Below, piece after piece: positions 18,402 through 27,852 of a DNA stretch of 64,000 bases (positions are counted from its first letter, which is position 1; each line of letters begins with the position of its first letter). The stretch spans positions 31,061 through 95,060 of the IMG/VR virus record IMGVR_UViG_3300047319_001547. One strand, given 5' to 3'. Position numbers and translations under genes: made by a program. The notes beneath the pieces are model-generated. The model made no database searches and had not been told where the DNA came from. It saw only the letters and a list, made by a program, of their open reading frames with translations. Origin of the DNA: a virus.

Positions 18402-20993
18402 ATGTCGATCTTCACGCGCAGATTCCTGAGCGATCCGGGCGAGCAGGTTCTGCTCAACATCGAGTCGGTCAACATCATCGACCTCCAGCCTCCGAGCGAC
18501 ATCACGGGGGTAGGCAGCGGCACGGTCTGCATCGTCGGCGAGTTCGAGAACGGGCCATTCAACACCCCCACCGAGGTCTTCAGCGGCAACGGGTTCGTCG
18601 CCTCGTTCGGGTCGCTCGGCTACACGTACGGCGGCATCCAGGCGCAGAATCCCTGCGCGCGCGCCCGCAAGTCGGACGGCGCGCTCGTGCCGGAGTACTG
18701 GAACGGCAACGGGTTCGTCCAGCTCAACGCCAAACGGTTCTCTCGCCTCGTCGTGGCGCGCGTCGACACGAGCGTGGGAGCGGTCAGCGTCCAGCGGCTC
18801 GCGTTCCTGACGGGCGCCGCGTCGTTCCGCTACCAGCTCGCGAACGCTCAGGTGCTGCAGCTCGACGTCGGGGCGGGCCCGCTGAGCGCGACCTTCAACG
18901 CCACGGCGGCGACCGTCACGGCGGCCGGCGGCGTCTACCCCACCACCTTCGCGGGCGGCAACACGCTGACGCTCGGCTACGACTCGACGCCGAACTTCGT
19001 CGTCACCTTCCTGGCGGCCGATCAGACGCTCGCCCAGGTGGTGGCGCGCATCAATCAGTACGCCGGGTTCGCGTTCGCGGACTCGACGGGCGGGCAGCTG
19101 CGCCTGACGGGACTCCAGCAGGGGTCGGGCGCCCAGGTGCGGGTCGTGTCGGGTTCGGCCGGCGTGCTGACGCAGCTCGGCCTGACGTCCGCCACCACGT
19201 TCGGGACCGGCAACGTCGCGAACGTCGCGGCCGTCACCGCCCAGGAGATCACACTTGTGGTCCAGGCGGCGGTCGCCAACACGAAGGTCGAAGTCGACCA
19301 GAACGGGGCGCTGCGGATCTCCAACACGGTCGCGCCGGGCTTCATCCTGGTGGGCGCCGCCACGACGGCGGTCAACCTCGGCTTCCTGGTGGGCGCTGAG
19401 GCGACCGACAACGGCCAGCCCGTTCTGGTCAGCGGAGCCGGCACCTACAATCTCGGGACGACCGGGACCATCACACTTCAACTCGACGCGGCGCTGCCGA
19501 GCGTCGTGACGACCGTGACGGCGGGCGACAGCCTGGCGACGACCGTCACGAACCTCAACGCAGCCTTCACGGCGGCCGGTCAGGGCGCGCCCGTGGTGGC
19601 TGACGGCGCGGTGCGGTTCGCCGTGACGGGCCCGAACCCGGGCGGAACCGTCTCGGTCGTAGCGGCAAGTTTGCCGGCCGTCCTGACGGAGCTCGGCCTG
19701 GTGGTGGGTGGCACGAAGGGACTTCTGCCGCCGTTCGGTCTGCTGCCGGCCGGCACGCAGGTGGGGGTGTCGGGCGGCGTCCAGTTCGTGACGATGCAGG
19801 ACATCGACTTCGAGCTGGCGGGCGTCAGCATCTCGGGCGTCCTTCAGGTGAAGGCCGCCAGCTACTCGGTGAAGATCCGGCACGCACTCGACGACGGGAC
19901 GGGGCTCGGAACGGGCGCCGGGACCGTGACGGTGATCGCGAGCTCGCCGGCGATCGGCGCCTTCTCGGTCATCAACCCCCAGATCGTCTCTGCTGCCCTC
20001 ACGGAGGCGGCGATCGACTCTCAGTACACGACCGCCCTTCAGTCGACGACCAACATCACGAACGTCGGGCAGCAGATCAACGTCCAGTGGTCGGCCCGGC
20101 AGTCGAACACGATCCGGAGCGCGCTGAAGAACACCGCTCTGAACGCCAGCGCGGCCGGATGTCTCGGCCGGATGGCGATCGTCCGGACGCCGATGAACAC
20201 GCTCGAGGCGACCGCGCTCTCCACGACTGCCCAGCCGGGCGTCGGCGCGACGCGCGATCAGCGGGTCGTCTTCTGCTACCCGCAGGCCAACACGTTCGTG
20301 CCCATCATCGCCCTCCTGGGGATCAGCGGCGGCACGGGCTTCACGGCGACCGGCAACGTCGACGTCGGGGCGGACGGCTTCCTGGCGTCGATCCTCAGCC
20401 TTCTGAACCCCGAGGAGGACCCCGGGCAGGCGACGAGCTTCACGGGCGGCGTCAACAGCCTGGAGAGCGGCGCGAACATCCAGCAGGCCAACGGCGGGCT
20501 GGGCTTCCAGATGAGCGACTACCAAGCCTTCAAGGCGGCGGGCATCTGCGCGCTCCGGATCGACACCGGCGTTGCGATCTTCCAGAGCGGCGTGACGAGC
20601 GTCGACCCGCTGGTGTTCCCGAATCTGGTGGACATCAATCGCCGGCGGATCGCCGACTTCATCCAGGACAGCATCGCGATCTCGATGAAGCAGTACGGAA
20701 AGAAGCTCTCGACCGTCAAGCGGCGCGCCGCGATCGTGACGCAGATCCGAAACTTCATGACGGGACTCGCCGGCGGCGGGCCGGGGGCGGCGGACGGCAA
20801 CCCGAACAACCCCGACGCTCAGAGGATCGCGGGCTTCTCGCTCGACCCGAAGACGGCCAACACGGTGACGTCCCTCGGCAAGGGTCTGTTCCGCCTGATC
20901 CTGCGCACCCGCACGCTCTCGAGCCTGAAGGCCATCGTGATTCAGACCGAGATCGGACCGACCGTCGTCACCGTCAGCGAGCTGACGGGCTGA
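18402..20993 (+). CDS. Contractile tail sheath protein
   Basis: IVGEFENGPFNTPTEV N-terminus; INRRRIADFI C-terminus; large Gly/Thr-rich insertion. Confidence 0.85.
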   Translation: MSIFTRRFLSDPGEQVLLNIESVNIIDLQPPSDITGVGSGTVCIVGEFENGPFNTPTEVFSGNGFVASFGSLGYTYGGIQAQNPCARARKSDGALVPEYWNGNGFVQLNAKRFSRLVVARVDTSVGAVSVQRLAFLTGAASFRYQLANAQVLQLDVGAGPLSATFNATAATVTAAGGVYPTTFAGGNTLTLGYDSTPNFVVTFLAADQTLAQVVARINQYAGFAFADSTGGQLRLTGLQQGSGAQVRVVSGSAGVLTQLGLTSATTFGTGNVANVAAVTAQEITLVVQAAVANTKVEVDQNGALRISNTVAPGFILVGAATTAVNLGFLVGAEATDNGQPVLVSGAGTYNLGTTGTITLQLDAALPSVVTTVTAGDSLATTVTNLNAAFTAAGQGAPVVADGAVRFAVTGPNPGGTVSVVAASLPAVLTELGLVVGGTKGLLPPFGLLPAGTQVGVSGGVQFVTMQDIDFELAGVSISGVLQVKAASYSVKIRHALDDGTGLGTGAGTVTVIASSPAIGAFSVINPQIVSAALTEAAIDSQYTTALQSTTNITNVGQQINVQWSARQSNTIRSALKNTALNASAAGCLGRMAIVRTPMNTLEATALSTTAQPGVGATRDQRVVFCYPQANTFVPIIALLGISGGTGFTATGNVDVGADGFLASILSLLNPEEDPGQATSFTGGVNSLESGANIQQANGGLGFQMSDYQAFKAAGICALRIDTGVAIFQSGVTSVDPLVFPNLVDINRRRIADFIQDSIAISMKQYGKKLSTVKRRAAIVTQIRNFMTGLAGGGPGAADGNPNNPDAQRIAGFSLDPKTANTVTSLGKGLFRLILRTRTLSSLKAIVIQTEIGPTVVTVSELTG

Positions 20994-21005
20994 CAGGAGA
21001 ACTCG

Positions 21006-21443
21006 ATGCCCTCACTGCGAATCAGGGGTCAGGAGACCCAAATCGTCCTCACGCGCGGCGGCGTCCTCGAGACGACGTTCGACAACATCCACTCGCTCAA
21101 CATCGAACTCGAGAGCGAGATCCTGGAGGCGTCCTACCTGGGGATGAAGACGAAGCTCCACGACGACATCTTCCACGGCGTGAAGGGCGACTTCGAGTGG
21201 CACTCGCACTCTCAGGACTGGCTGCGGTGGGCGCTCGCCCTGATGGACCGGCAGAAGCGCAACACGCCGGCGCTCGTGTTCAACATCACGACCGTGCTGT
21301 TCTACCCGAACTTCGACAACCCCCAGATCTTCATCCCGGACGTGAAGTTCGGGCCGCTCGGCGTCGGAATCCCGAACCGGGAAGCGTACGTGAACAAGAA
21401 GATCACCTACGCGGCTGACGACTTTGATGTGCAGTTGTCGTGA
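21006..21443 (+). CDS. Tail tube protein
   Basis: 145 aa directly after the sheath; AGGAG RBS. Confidence 0.75.
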   Translation: MPSLRIRGQETQIVLTRGGVLETTFDNIHSLNIELESEILEASYLGMKTKLHDDIFHGVKGDFEWHSHSQDWLRWALALMDRQKRNTPALVFNITTVLFYPNFDNPQIFIPDVKFGPLGVGIPNREAYVNKKITYAADDFDVQLS

Positions 21444-21481
21444 GGTTGTACATCATCTAAGTTAGCTACTAAGCTAACGGG

Positions 21482-22162
21482 ATGACAACAAGACGGCGGG
21501 TGTTTCGCGGGCCAGATCTGACGGGGCGGACGTTCGAACGACTTTTCGTAATCGAACGAACGACGTTCGACGGGCGCAAATGGAAATGGCGGTGCCGTTG
21601 CGCGTGCGGCTCTGAGGTCGACGTCATCGGCCAGAACCTCGTACGGGGGAATACGCGTTCGTGCGGGTGCTTTCACAGCCAGCGCGTCAAAGAGACCTTC
21701 ACGACGCACGGGTTTTGCGCCGAAGGTCCGCCAAAGACGGAGTACCGGATCTGGAACTGCATCCAGCAGCGATGCCAGAACCCGAAGAACCCCAACTGGC
21801 CGAACTACGGGGGGCGAGGGATTCGTCTGTGTGCCCAGTGGCAGACGTTCGAGGGGTTCTTCGCAGACGTCGGTCCGCGACCGTCTCCCGATCTCACGCT
21901 CGACCGGAAGGACAACAACGGCGACTACGAGCCCGGGAACGTTCGGTGGGCCACGCAGGCAGAGCAGATCCGCAATCGGCGCAGCAGCGTCATTGTGGAG
22001 CACGCTGGCGAAAAACTGTCAGTGACGGAGTGGGGGCGACGTTTTGGGATCGAACCGAAGACTCTCAAGAACCGACTCTTCCACCAGAAGTTGTCGTTCG
22101 AGGAGGCGACATCGCGACCAGGACGGAAAGCGTGCGTAGGGGGCTCGCCTCCCCCAGCCTGA
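21482..22162 (+). CDS. Free-standing HNH homing endonuclease
   Basis: WRCRCACG, TRSCGC, YGGRGI, TLDRKDNNGDYEPGNVRWAT. Confidence 0.85.
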   Translation: MTTRRRVFRGPDLTGRTFERLFVIERTTFDGRKWKWRCRCACGSEVDVIGQNLVRGNTRSCGCFHSQRVKETFTTHGFCAEGPPKTEYRIWNCIQQRCQNPKNPNWPNYGGRGIRLCAQWQTFEGFFADVGPRPSPDLTLDRKDNNGDYEPGNVRWATQAEQIRNRRSSVIVEHAGEKLSVTEWGRRFGIEPKTLKNRLFHQKLSFEEATSRPGRKACVGGSPPPA

Positions 22163-22316
22163 CGGTGGGCTGACCGGGAGGCATCTACCTCGCGGGGGCC
22201 CGCCGGTCTCATGCAGCCGCGCCGCGCCTCCTCGCTGCGTCCTGCGCCTCCCGGAGGCCGGCGGGCACCCACCATCCCGCGGACGCGTCTGCGGGGCGCC
22301 CAGGAGCGGGACGGGG

Positions 22317-22613
22317 CTATCCGGTGACCTTCCCGCAGTCCATCTCCGTTTCGTTCAGAGCGGCTTCGAGCGCCCTGATGGGGTTAGGATCGCCCGCCGG
22401 AAGCTCGACCGCAGCCAGCAGCTCCTTCTGAAGCTGGTCGATCGTCCCGGCGTGCCCCTTCACGAAGTCGCCCAGCAGGCAGCAGAGACCCTCGACGGCC
22501 TCCGCACGCGTCTCGCCGTGGGCCGCCGCCCCGACGCCTTCGATGCTGGCCTCCCAGTGGCCGCCCTCTTGACGCTCCGTCTTCAGCACGCTCTTGACCT
22601 CTAGATCGCTCAT
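22317..22613 (-). CDS. HicB-like (antitoxin-fold) protein
   Basis: EGGHWEASIEGVGAAAHGETRAEAVEGL; ATGA-coupled to the ligase. Confidence 0.55.
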   Translation of the reverse strand: MSDLEVKSVLKTERQEGGHWEASIEGVGAAAHGETRAEAVEGLCCLLGDFVKGHAGTIDQLQKELLAAVELPAGDPNPIRALEAALNETEMDCGKVTG

Positions 22614-23191
22614 GGGGCGGGAGATGCCGCGCGCGACTTCGGCTCGTCGTCCTTCTCGATCGTCTGCTTGTAGAGGTTCCCCGACGGTGCGTGGAAGATG
22701 ACGATGCCCTCCGGGCGCATGAAGCCGGGGGCTGCAACGCTTCCTTTTTCTTTCAGATCGTTCATGCACATGCGGATCCCGTCGGTGTCGAACGTGTCGA
22801 ACAGTCCGAGAATTGGAACGACGTCGCAGCAGGGCGGCCGAATCTGGCGAGCTTCACCGTGAGGCTCTTCCGCGAGCCAGCGTCCGACGTTGAAGAGTGA
22901 GAAACGCTTCTCCTTCAAGTCGTAGCGGCGCTGGATCCCTTGACCCCACCACTCGCCGAAGTGCCGACCGGGCCCGAGTCCTCGCAGCTCTTCGCGGTGT
23001 TCCGACACCCAGAAGGCGAAGCCGAAGTTGTCCGCATCGGGAGAGATCCAGCGTGTGCGGGATCCCGCCGTCACGGTTCCGTCTTCGGCCACATGCACGC
23101 AGGCGTTCGTGCCGTCGATCTTCTCCGTCACGATGATGCGGCGCTGGAGGCGGAAGATCTTCGGGAACTCGACGAAGTCGTTGTCGCTCAT
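22610..23191 (-). CDS. RNA ligase (Rnl2-like adenylation domain)
   Basis: TEKIDGTNA (motif I), FGEWWGQGIQ, FSLFN, EGIVI. Confidence 0.85.
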   Translation of the reverse strand: MSDNDFVEFPKIFRLQRRIIVTEKIDGTNACVHVAEDGTVTAGSRTRWISPDADNFGFAFWVSEHREELRGLGPGRHFGEWWGQGIQRRYDLKEKRFSLFNVGRWLAEEPHGEARQIRPPCCDVVPILGLFDTFDTDGIRMCMNDLKEKGSVAAPGFMRPEGIVIFHAPSGNLYKQTIEKDDEPKSRAASPAP

Positions 23192-23424
23192 GCGTCAGGA
23201 GTTGCCGCGCGAATTATCGCGTCGACGGCATACGGGAGCCACGGAGGAGGAGAAGGATACCCAGCACGGATCATCCAACCCCACGCCCATTGAGCAGCTT
23301 CGTGAGACCCCATCCCCATCCGCGCCGACAGCGAAGCGTACGCCGCCACGTCGGGGGCAATTTCGCCGTTTACACCCCAGCGCGTATCACCAATCGCTAA
23401 TCGGATCGCATCCTCGTGCGTCAC
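23188..23424 (-). CDS. Hypothetical protein
   Basis: Coupled on both sides within the antisense operon. Confidence 0.55.
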   Translation of the reverse strand: MTHEDAIRLAIGDTRWGVNGEIAPDVAAYASLSARMGMGSHEAAQWAWGWMIRAGYPSPPPWLPYAVDAIIRAATPDA

Positions 23425-23729
23425 GGTTCCGCCGATTCATCGGGCGCCAGGACGGTCAGGCAGATGCGCGCGCCCGCATCGTCCCGGACGACGAACCGGA
23501 TCGGCGCGCCGTCGGTCGCGCACCAGATCTCGTCGCCCGTCCCGGTCCGCCCCTGGGTGCGCTCGGCGGTCCGGCTGATGATCATGCACTCGACGCGCGC
23601 CCTCCCGGGGGACAGCTGGGGGCAGATGCGCTCGCGGAACTGGTCGAACGCGTGCCCGGAGATGAAGAACGGGCCGTCGTGGCGGCGCTTCGGGCCCCCG
23701 TGAGCTGCTGACTTGTGAGACTTCCCCAC
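23421..23729 (-). CDS. Hypothetical protein, possible RNase-toxin-like fold
   Basis: ISGHAFDQFRER...RFVV...CLTVL; GTG start after a purine-rich run. Confidence 0.5.
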   Translation of the reverse strand: MGKSHKSAAHGGPKRRHDGPFFISGHAFDQFRERICPQLSPGRARVECMIISRTAERTQGRTGTGDEIWCATDGAPIRFVVRDDAGARICLTVLAPDESAEP

Positions 23730-23749
23730 GGCTTCTTCTTGCCGCTCGC

Positions 23750-23765
23750 TGGAACTCGAGTTCCA
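23750..23765. repeat. Palindrome copy 5 (between divergent genes)
   Basis: Exact match. Confidence 0.97.
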
Positions 23766-23781
23766 AGCGACGATCCGGTGG

Positions 23782-24303
23782 GTGAGCAAGATCACGATCG
23801 ACCAGGCGCCCGGGTGGGTGAAGAACCTGGAGGGGGAGCTGCACCGCGCCGCCCTGAAGGGCGTCAGGTCTGCCGGCCAGCGGCTCGTCTCTCACATCCA
23901 GACGGAGGTCATCCCGGCGGAGTCGCGCGTGCCGGTCGACCGCGGGATCTACAAGGCGGCCTGGAGGTCGACGAACGAGCCGAACGGCTGCGACGTCCAC
24001 AACGACAGCCCGCACGCGGGCTTCATCGATGACGGGGTGAGGGGGGCGAACGTGAAGATCGGCCGCAAGCTGATCGAGGCGCTGGTCGACTGGGTGCAGC
24101 GCAAGGGGTTGGTGCGGGACGTTTCGCGCAACTCCAAGACGGCGGCCGCGCGTCAGATCGCCTGGGGGATCGCCAAGTCGATGCAGAAGAAAGGGATCTT
24201 CAACTCGGGTGCGGGCCTGAAGATCCTCGAGAAGGGGCGGCGCCAGGTGGCGCGCTTCATCGACGAGGAGGTCAGACGCGAGATTGAGAAGATCCGACGC
24301 TGA
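23782..24303 (+). CDS. HK97 gp10-like tail/neck protein
   Basis: PVDRGIYKAAW...V.ND.PHA.FIDDG. Confidence 0.65.
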   Translation: MSKITIDQAPGWVKNLEGELHRAALKGVRSAGQRLVSHIQTEVIPAESRVPVDRGIYKAAWRSTNEPNGCDVHNDSPHAGFIDDGVRGANVKIGRKLIEALVDWVQRKGLVRDVSRNSKTAAARQIAWGIAKSMQKKGIFNSGAGLKILEKGRRQVARFIDEEVRREIEKIRR

Positions 24304-24331
24304 GCGCACAATCGCCGCGGAGGCGCGTGAG

Positions 24332-24904
24332 ATGAGCGAGATCGGCGAGAATCCGGAGCGCGAAGAGCGCAAGAAGAGCCTGACGGACGCCCTGCGGTCG
24401 GCCGCCGCGGACGGCGGAGCGATCCCCGGAGTGGTCGACCTCGACGACGAGGAAGACGTCGCGGAGGTGGCGCCCGGCGGCTCCGCGCCCGCTTGGGCGA
24501 TCGTGCCGAGCGGCGGCGAAATCCCGTTCGTGATGCCGGAAGGCTGGGTGGTGTTCTTCATCCGGTTCCGCGCCAAGTGGACGAACCGGCCCGGCAGCGC
24601 GGACCGCCAGTGCATCCTCTGGAACCTCTCGGAGTCCGACGAGAAGCGCGCCAGCGCCCGCGCGCGCGGCGACGGGATGAGGCTCGTCGAGGAGATGAGC
24701 AAGCAGATGATCCGCGCGATCGACGGCGAGCGCGCCGACTGGAGCGGCGCCCCGGGCCCGCAGAACGTCGGGCAGTTCTGGAGCGAGATCGGCGGAAAGT
24801 GCCGCTACATGCTCAAGTCTCACTACCTCAAGACTCACACGATGAGCACGGAGGAGACCGTCGATTTTTTCGACAACTGCGTCGCGTCGAGGTCGGTCGG
24901 CTGA
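24332..24904 (+). CDS. Tail assembly chaperone (gpG-like); -1 frameshift product extends to 25191
   Basis: Upstream of tape measure; slippery T TTT TTC leads into the open -1 frame. Confidence 0.7.
   Translation: MSEIGENPEREERKKSLTDALRSAAADGGAIPGVVDLDDEEDVAEVAPGGSAPAWAIVPSGGEIPFVMPEGWVVFFIRFRAKWTNRPGSADRQCILWNLSESDEKRASARARGDGMRLVEEMSKQMIRAIDGERADWSGAPGPQNVGQFWSEIGGKCRYMLKSHYLKTHTMSTEETVDFFDNCVASRSVG
24865..24871 (+). other. Programmed -1 ribosomal frameshift site TTTTTTC
   Basis: X XXY YYZ heptamer in the correct phase; -1 frame open to 25191. Confidence 0.7.
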
Positions 24905-25183
24905 CCGACCGCGGGCGGCCGTTCCCGGCCGACCCGGACGCCGTCGAAGACATCCTCGACCGGCTGGTGGTGTGCCGCAGCCTGGACGTCTCGCTGCTGG
25001 CTCGGTTCGACGCCGCCGCGCAGGCGCGAACCCGCCTGAGAATGAAGCTCTCGCTGGCCCGCCACGGCCGGATCCCGCCCTCCTACTGGGATGGGAAGGA
25101 TGTCGCGGAGATCCGCGCCTACTACCATGAGCTGGTCGCGATGATCACCGCCGAGCACGGTGCGCCCGACGTGGAGGACGCTG

Positions 25184-27154
25184 GTGGCTGAGCACACGGA
25201 AGTAAAAACGAAGCTGACGCTCGACGACGCGGCCAGCACCGCCCTGCACCACATCCGCGAGGGATTCGCGGACGTCGGCGAGAAGGTCAAGGAGGTCGGG
25301 CACGAGCTGGTCTCGATGGCCAAGCAGGCGGCCGCGGTGGCGATCGGCTTTCAGCTGAGCGGAATGATCGACAGCTTCAAGGAGCTGGGCCACGAGCTCG
25401 TCGAGGGGGCGACCCACCTCGAGAATCAGAAGAAGGAGCTCGCCGGCGTCATCTCGCTCGCCGAGAAGGGTGACATGTCGATGGAGGAGCTCGGCGAGCG
25501 TGCCGGGCAGCTCAATGAGAGGTTCGAGATGCTCGGCATCACGGCGGGCGTCTCGAAGGACTCGCTGGTCGACATGTTCGAGATGATGGCGAGCCGCTCG
25601 ACGCGCGGCAGCGCGGCGGCTGCCGACATGGCGGAGCAGATGGCGATCGCCGCGCGCGTGCTCCCGGGCGGCGCTGACGCGATGGCGGCGGCGTGGCGCG
25701 ACCTCGAGTCGGGGATCGTCCGGCCCAAGAACGCGCTCGTGATGCTGATGCGTCAGACCGGCGTGGCGGCCGGCACCAGCAAGCAGATCGCCAAGGGGCT
25801 GAGCGCCCTCTTCACGGCCGGCAAGCAGGAGAAGGCGATGCAGATGGCAGAGCAGGCCATCAGCCGCATGGCGGAGAAGATGCGCCACGTTCCGCCGACG
25901 TTCGAGCAGGTTCTGACGAGCCTGAAGGGCTTCCGCGAGATGTTCATCGAGACGATGGGAACGCCGATCCTCCGGCAGATCGTCCCGCAGTTCGAGCGCC
26001 TCAAGCAGTACCTGATCGGCCACCGCGAGGAGATCGAGAAGCTTGCCCACACGATGGGGGAGAAGGTCGGCGAGTGGGTGTCGCGCGCGGCCGAGATGAT
26101 CCGCGACGCCTTCATGTACCTGCAGTCTCATTCGCAGGAGATCTTCGAAGCGCTCGAGGGCGGAGCGAAAGCCATCAAGGACGCAGTGTCTTTCATGGTG
26201 ACGCACCGGCAGCTTCTGCTGGGGCTGGCGGCGGCGAACTTCGTGGGCGGCGCGGTCGGGGGCGAGGGCGGGAAGGCCGCCAAGCTGGCGGGGTCGCTGC
26301 CGCAGATCGGCACCGCGCTCGGCGAAGGACTCAAGAAGGCGCTGAATCAGAAGACGTTCGGGGTCCAGATGGGACTCGGCGGGATGGCGCTCGGCGCGGG
26401 CGCCGGCATCGCGGCCGTGGCGGCCTGGCGGGGCGCGTTCGAGCAGGCGGCAGTGCTCGAGAAGGAGAGCGGCCTGACGACCCTCCAGACGATGAAGCAC
26501 CTGCTTCACATCGGGGGCGGACTGTCGACCGCCAGCAACCGCATCATGAACTTCGGCTCTGTGCTGGGGAGGTTCGCCGAGGACTCCGCCAACATCGACG
26601 CGTCGGGCGACGACCTCGAGCAGCTGGCGGACAAGATCGGGCGCCTGGGGCGCGCGGCCGTCGCGGCGGGCGACATGACCCAGGAGGCGCTCGACAAGAC
26701 GATGCGCGCCACCAACGAGCGGCTCGAGACCGAGACGAAGCTGCGGGGGGCTCTCGACCAGATGAGGGACTCGAACGTCGAGGCGGCCAGCGGGCCGCTC
26801 GGCAGCATCGATCCGATGCACCACTACATGGAGGCGTTCGCGGCCGCGAACGAGGGGCACGCCAAGGAGGCGGTCCTTCAGGCGCACCGCATGAGCGACG
26901 CGATGCGGATCGCCATCGCGGGCCCGATGGGGACGATCGACGACGCCATCAAGAAGCTTCAGGCATACGCGACGGGCAAAACTGATGGGGAATTCAAGCC
27001 GCCGCAGATCAACTTCGGCCCGACGACGATGAACATCAAGCAGGATTTCAGAGACCAGGATCCCGACAGGATCGCGATCGTCTTCCGGAAGGACATCGCG
27101 AAGAACGCAGCGAGCCGCGTGAGCGCCCGCACCGCGACTCCGTTCGGCTACTGA
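25184..27154 (+). CDS. Tape measure protein
   Basis: About 656 aa, Ala/Met/Gly-rich and helical; LTLDD.AS N-terminus; position. Confidence 0.8.
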   Translation: MAEHTEVKTKLTLDDAASTALHHIREGFADVGEKVKEVGHELVSMAKQAAAVAIGFQLSGMIDSFKELGHELVEGATHLENQKKELAGVISLAEKGDMSMEELGERAGQLNERFEMLGITAGVSKDSLVDMFEMMASRSTRGSAAAADMAEQMAIAARVLPGGADAMAAAWRDLESGIVRPKNALVMLMRQTGVAAGTSKQIAKGLSALFTAGKQEKAMQMAEQAISRMAEKMRHVPPTFEQVLTSLKGFREMFIETMGTPILRQIVPQFERLKQYLIGHREEIEKLAHTMGEKVGEWVSRAAEMIRDAFMYLQSHSQEIFEALEGGAKAIKDAVSFMVTHRQLLLGLAAANFVGGAVGGEGGKAAKLAGSLPQIGTALGEGLKKALNQKTFGVQMGLGGMALGAGAGIAAVAAWRGAFEQAAVLEKESGLTTLQTMKHLLHIGGGLSTASNRIMNFGSVLGRFAEDSANIDASGDDLEQLADKIGRLGRAAVAAGDMTQEALDKTMRATNERLETETKLRGALDQMRDSNVEAASGPLGSIDPMHHYMEAFAAANEGHAKEAVLQAHRMSDAMRIAIAGPMGTIDDAIKKLQAYATGKTDGEFKPPQINFGPTTMNIKQDFRDQDPDRIAIVFRKDIAKNAASRVSARTATPFGY

Positions 27155-27193
27155 GTGTTCGCGCCCGCCCGGCGGCGCTGCTAGACAGGCTGA

Positions 27194-27418
27194 ATGACGA
27201 CCGTCGACAACACGCAGCTGGCAGCCCTCGTTTCCGACTTCGAATCCAAGGAGCAGGCGCTCTCAGACGCGTCCGACTCCGACGGCGCTGCCCAGAAGGC
27301 GCTCGCCGACGCGACCGCGGCCGCAGCTGCGACGCTGGCGGCCAAGAGCGCGGCTCACGACGCCCTGGTGGCGTCCGGCAACGCTCTCGTCAGCTTCGTC
27401 CACACCGTCGCGTCCTGA
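27194..27418 (+). CDS. Small Ala-rich helical protein
   Basis: 74-aa ORF. Confidence 0.55.
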   Translation: MTTVDNTQLAALVSDFESKEQALSDASDSDGAAQKALADATAAAAATLAAKSAAHDALVASGNALVSFVHTVAS

Positions 27419-27421
27419 CGC

Positions 27422-27437
27422 TGGAACTCGAGTTCCA
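27422..27437. repeat. Palindrome copy 6 (intergenic)
   Basis: Exact match, 3 nt after a TGA and 6 nt before TTGCGG-17-TACGAC. Confidence 0.97.
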
Positions 27438-27497
27438 GGTCGTTTGCGGGGCTCGATCCCGCCTGTTACGACGGAAAGTGCGAAGGAGCTCCGGCAG

Positions 27498-27824
27498 ATG
27501 GCTTTTCCCAAGCTGAACAAGTTCGTCAAGGCGAAGAAGGGCGGAAAGCCGCCGCCCGCCAAGGCTCCTCCCTCCGGTTCCCCGTCGGGCTCGCCGTCGA
27601 TGAGCGCCTCCAGCGCTTCCGCGGCTCCCCCCAGCGCGGCCCCGCCGTCTGCCTCACCCGCGTCCGGATCGGCGTCGACCATGAGCGCGTCTCCGGGGTC
27701 GTCCGGATCCGGATCGGCGTCGACCATGAGCGGATCGTCCGCGTCGACTGTCGGCGGGACGTCGAAGTCCAAGGCTCCGAACCCCCTCTCGGTTTGGGTG
27801 AACAAGAACAAGAAGGCGCGCTGA
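27498..27824 (+). CDS. Ser/Pro-rich basic disordered protein
   Basis: AAGGAG RBS; GSASTMS repeats; Lys-rich ends. Confidence 0.55.
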   Translation: MAFPKLNKFVKAKKGGKPPPAKAPPSGSPSGSPSMSASSASAAPPSAAPPSASPASGSASTMSASPGSSGSGSASTMSGSSASTVGGTSKSKAPNPLSVWVNKNKKAR

Positions 27825-27852
27825 CGGGGCGTTCCCCCCGGGGGAGGCTCCG

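Noticed and set aside
6987-20525. Long minus-strand ORFs (6987-9245, 10760-13303, 12967-14946, 17610-20525)
   Set aside because: These are shadow frames of high-GC plus-strand genes, Arg-rich and without motifs.
22163-22316. GC-rich gap as tRNA or ncRNA
   Set aside because: No cloverleaf, T-loop or other recognisable motif seen.
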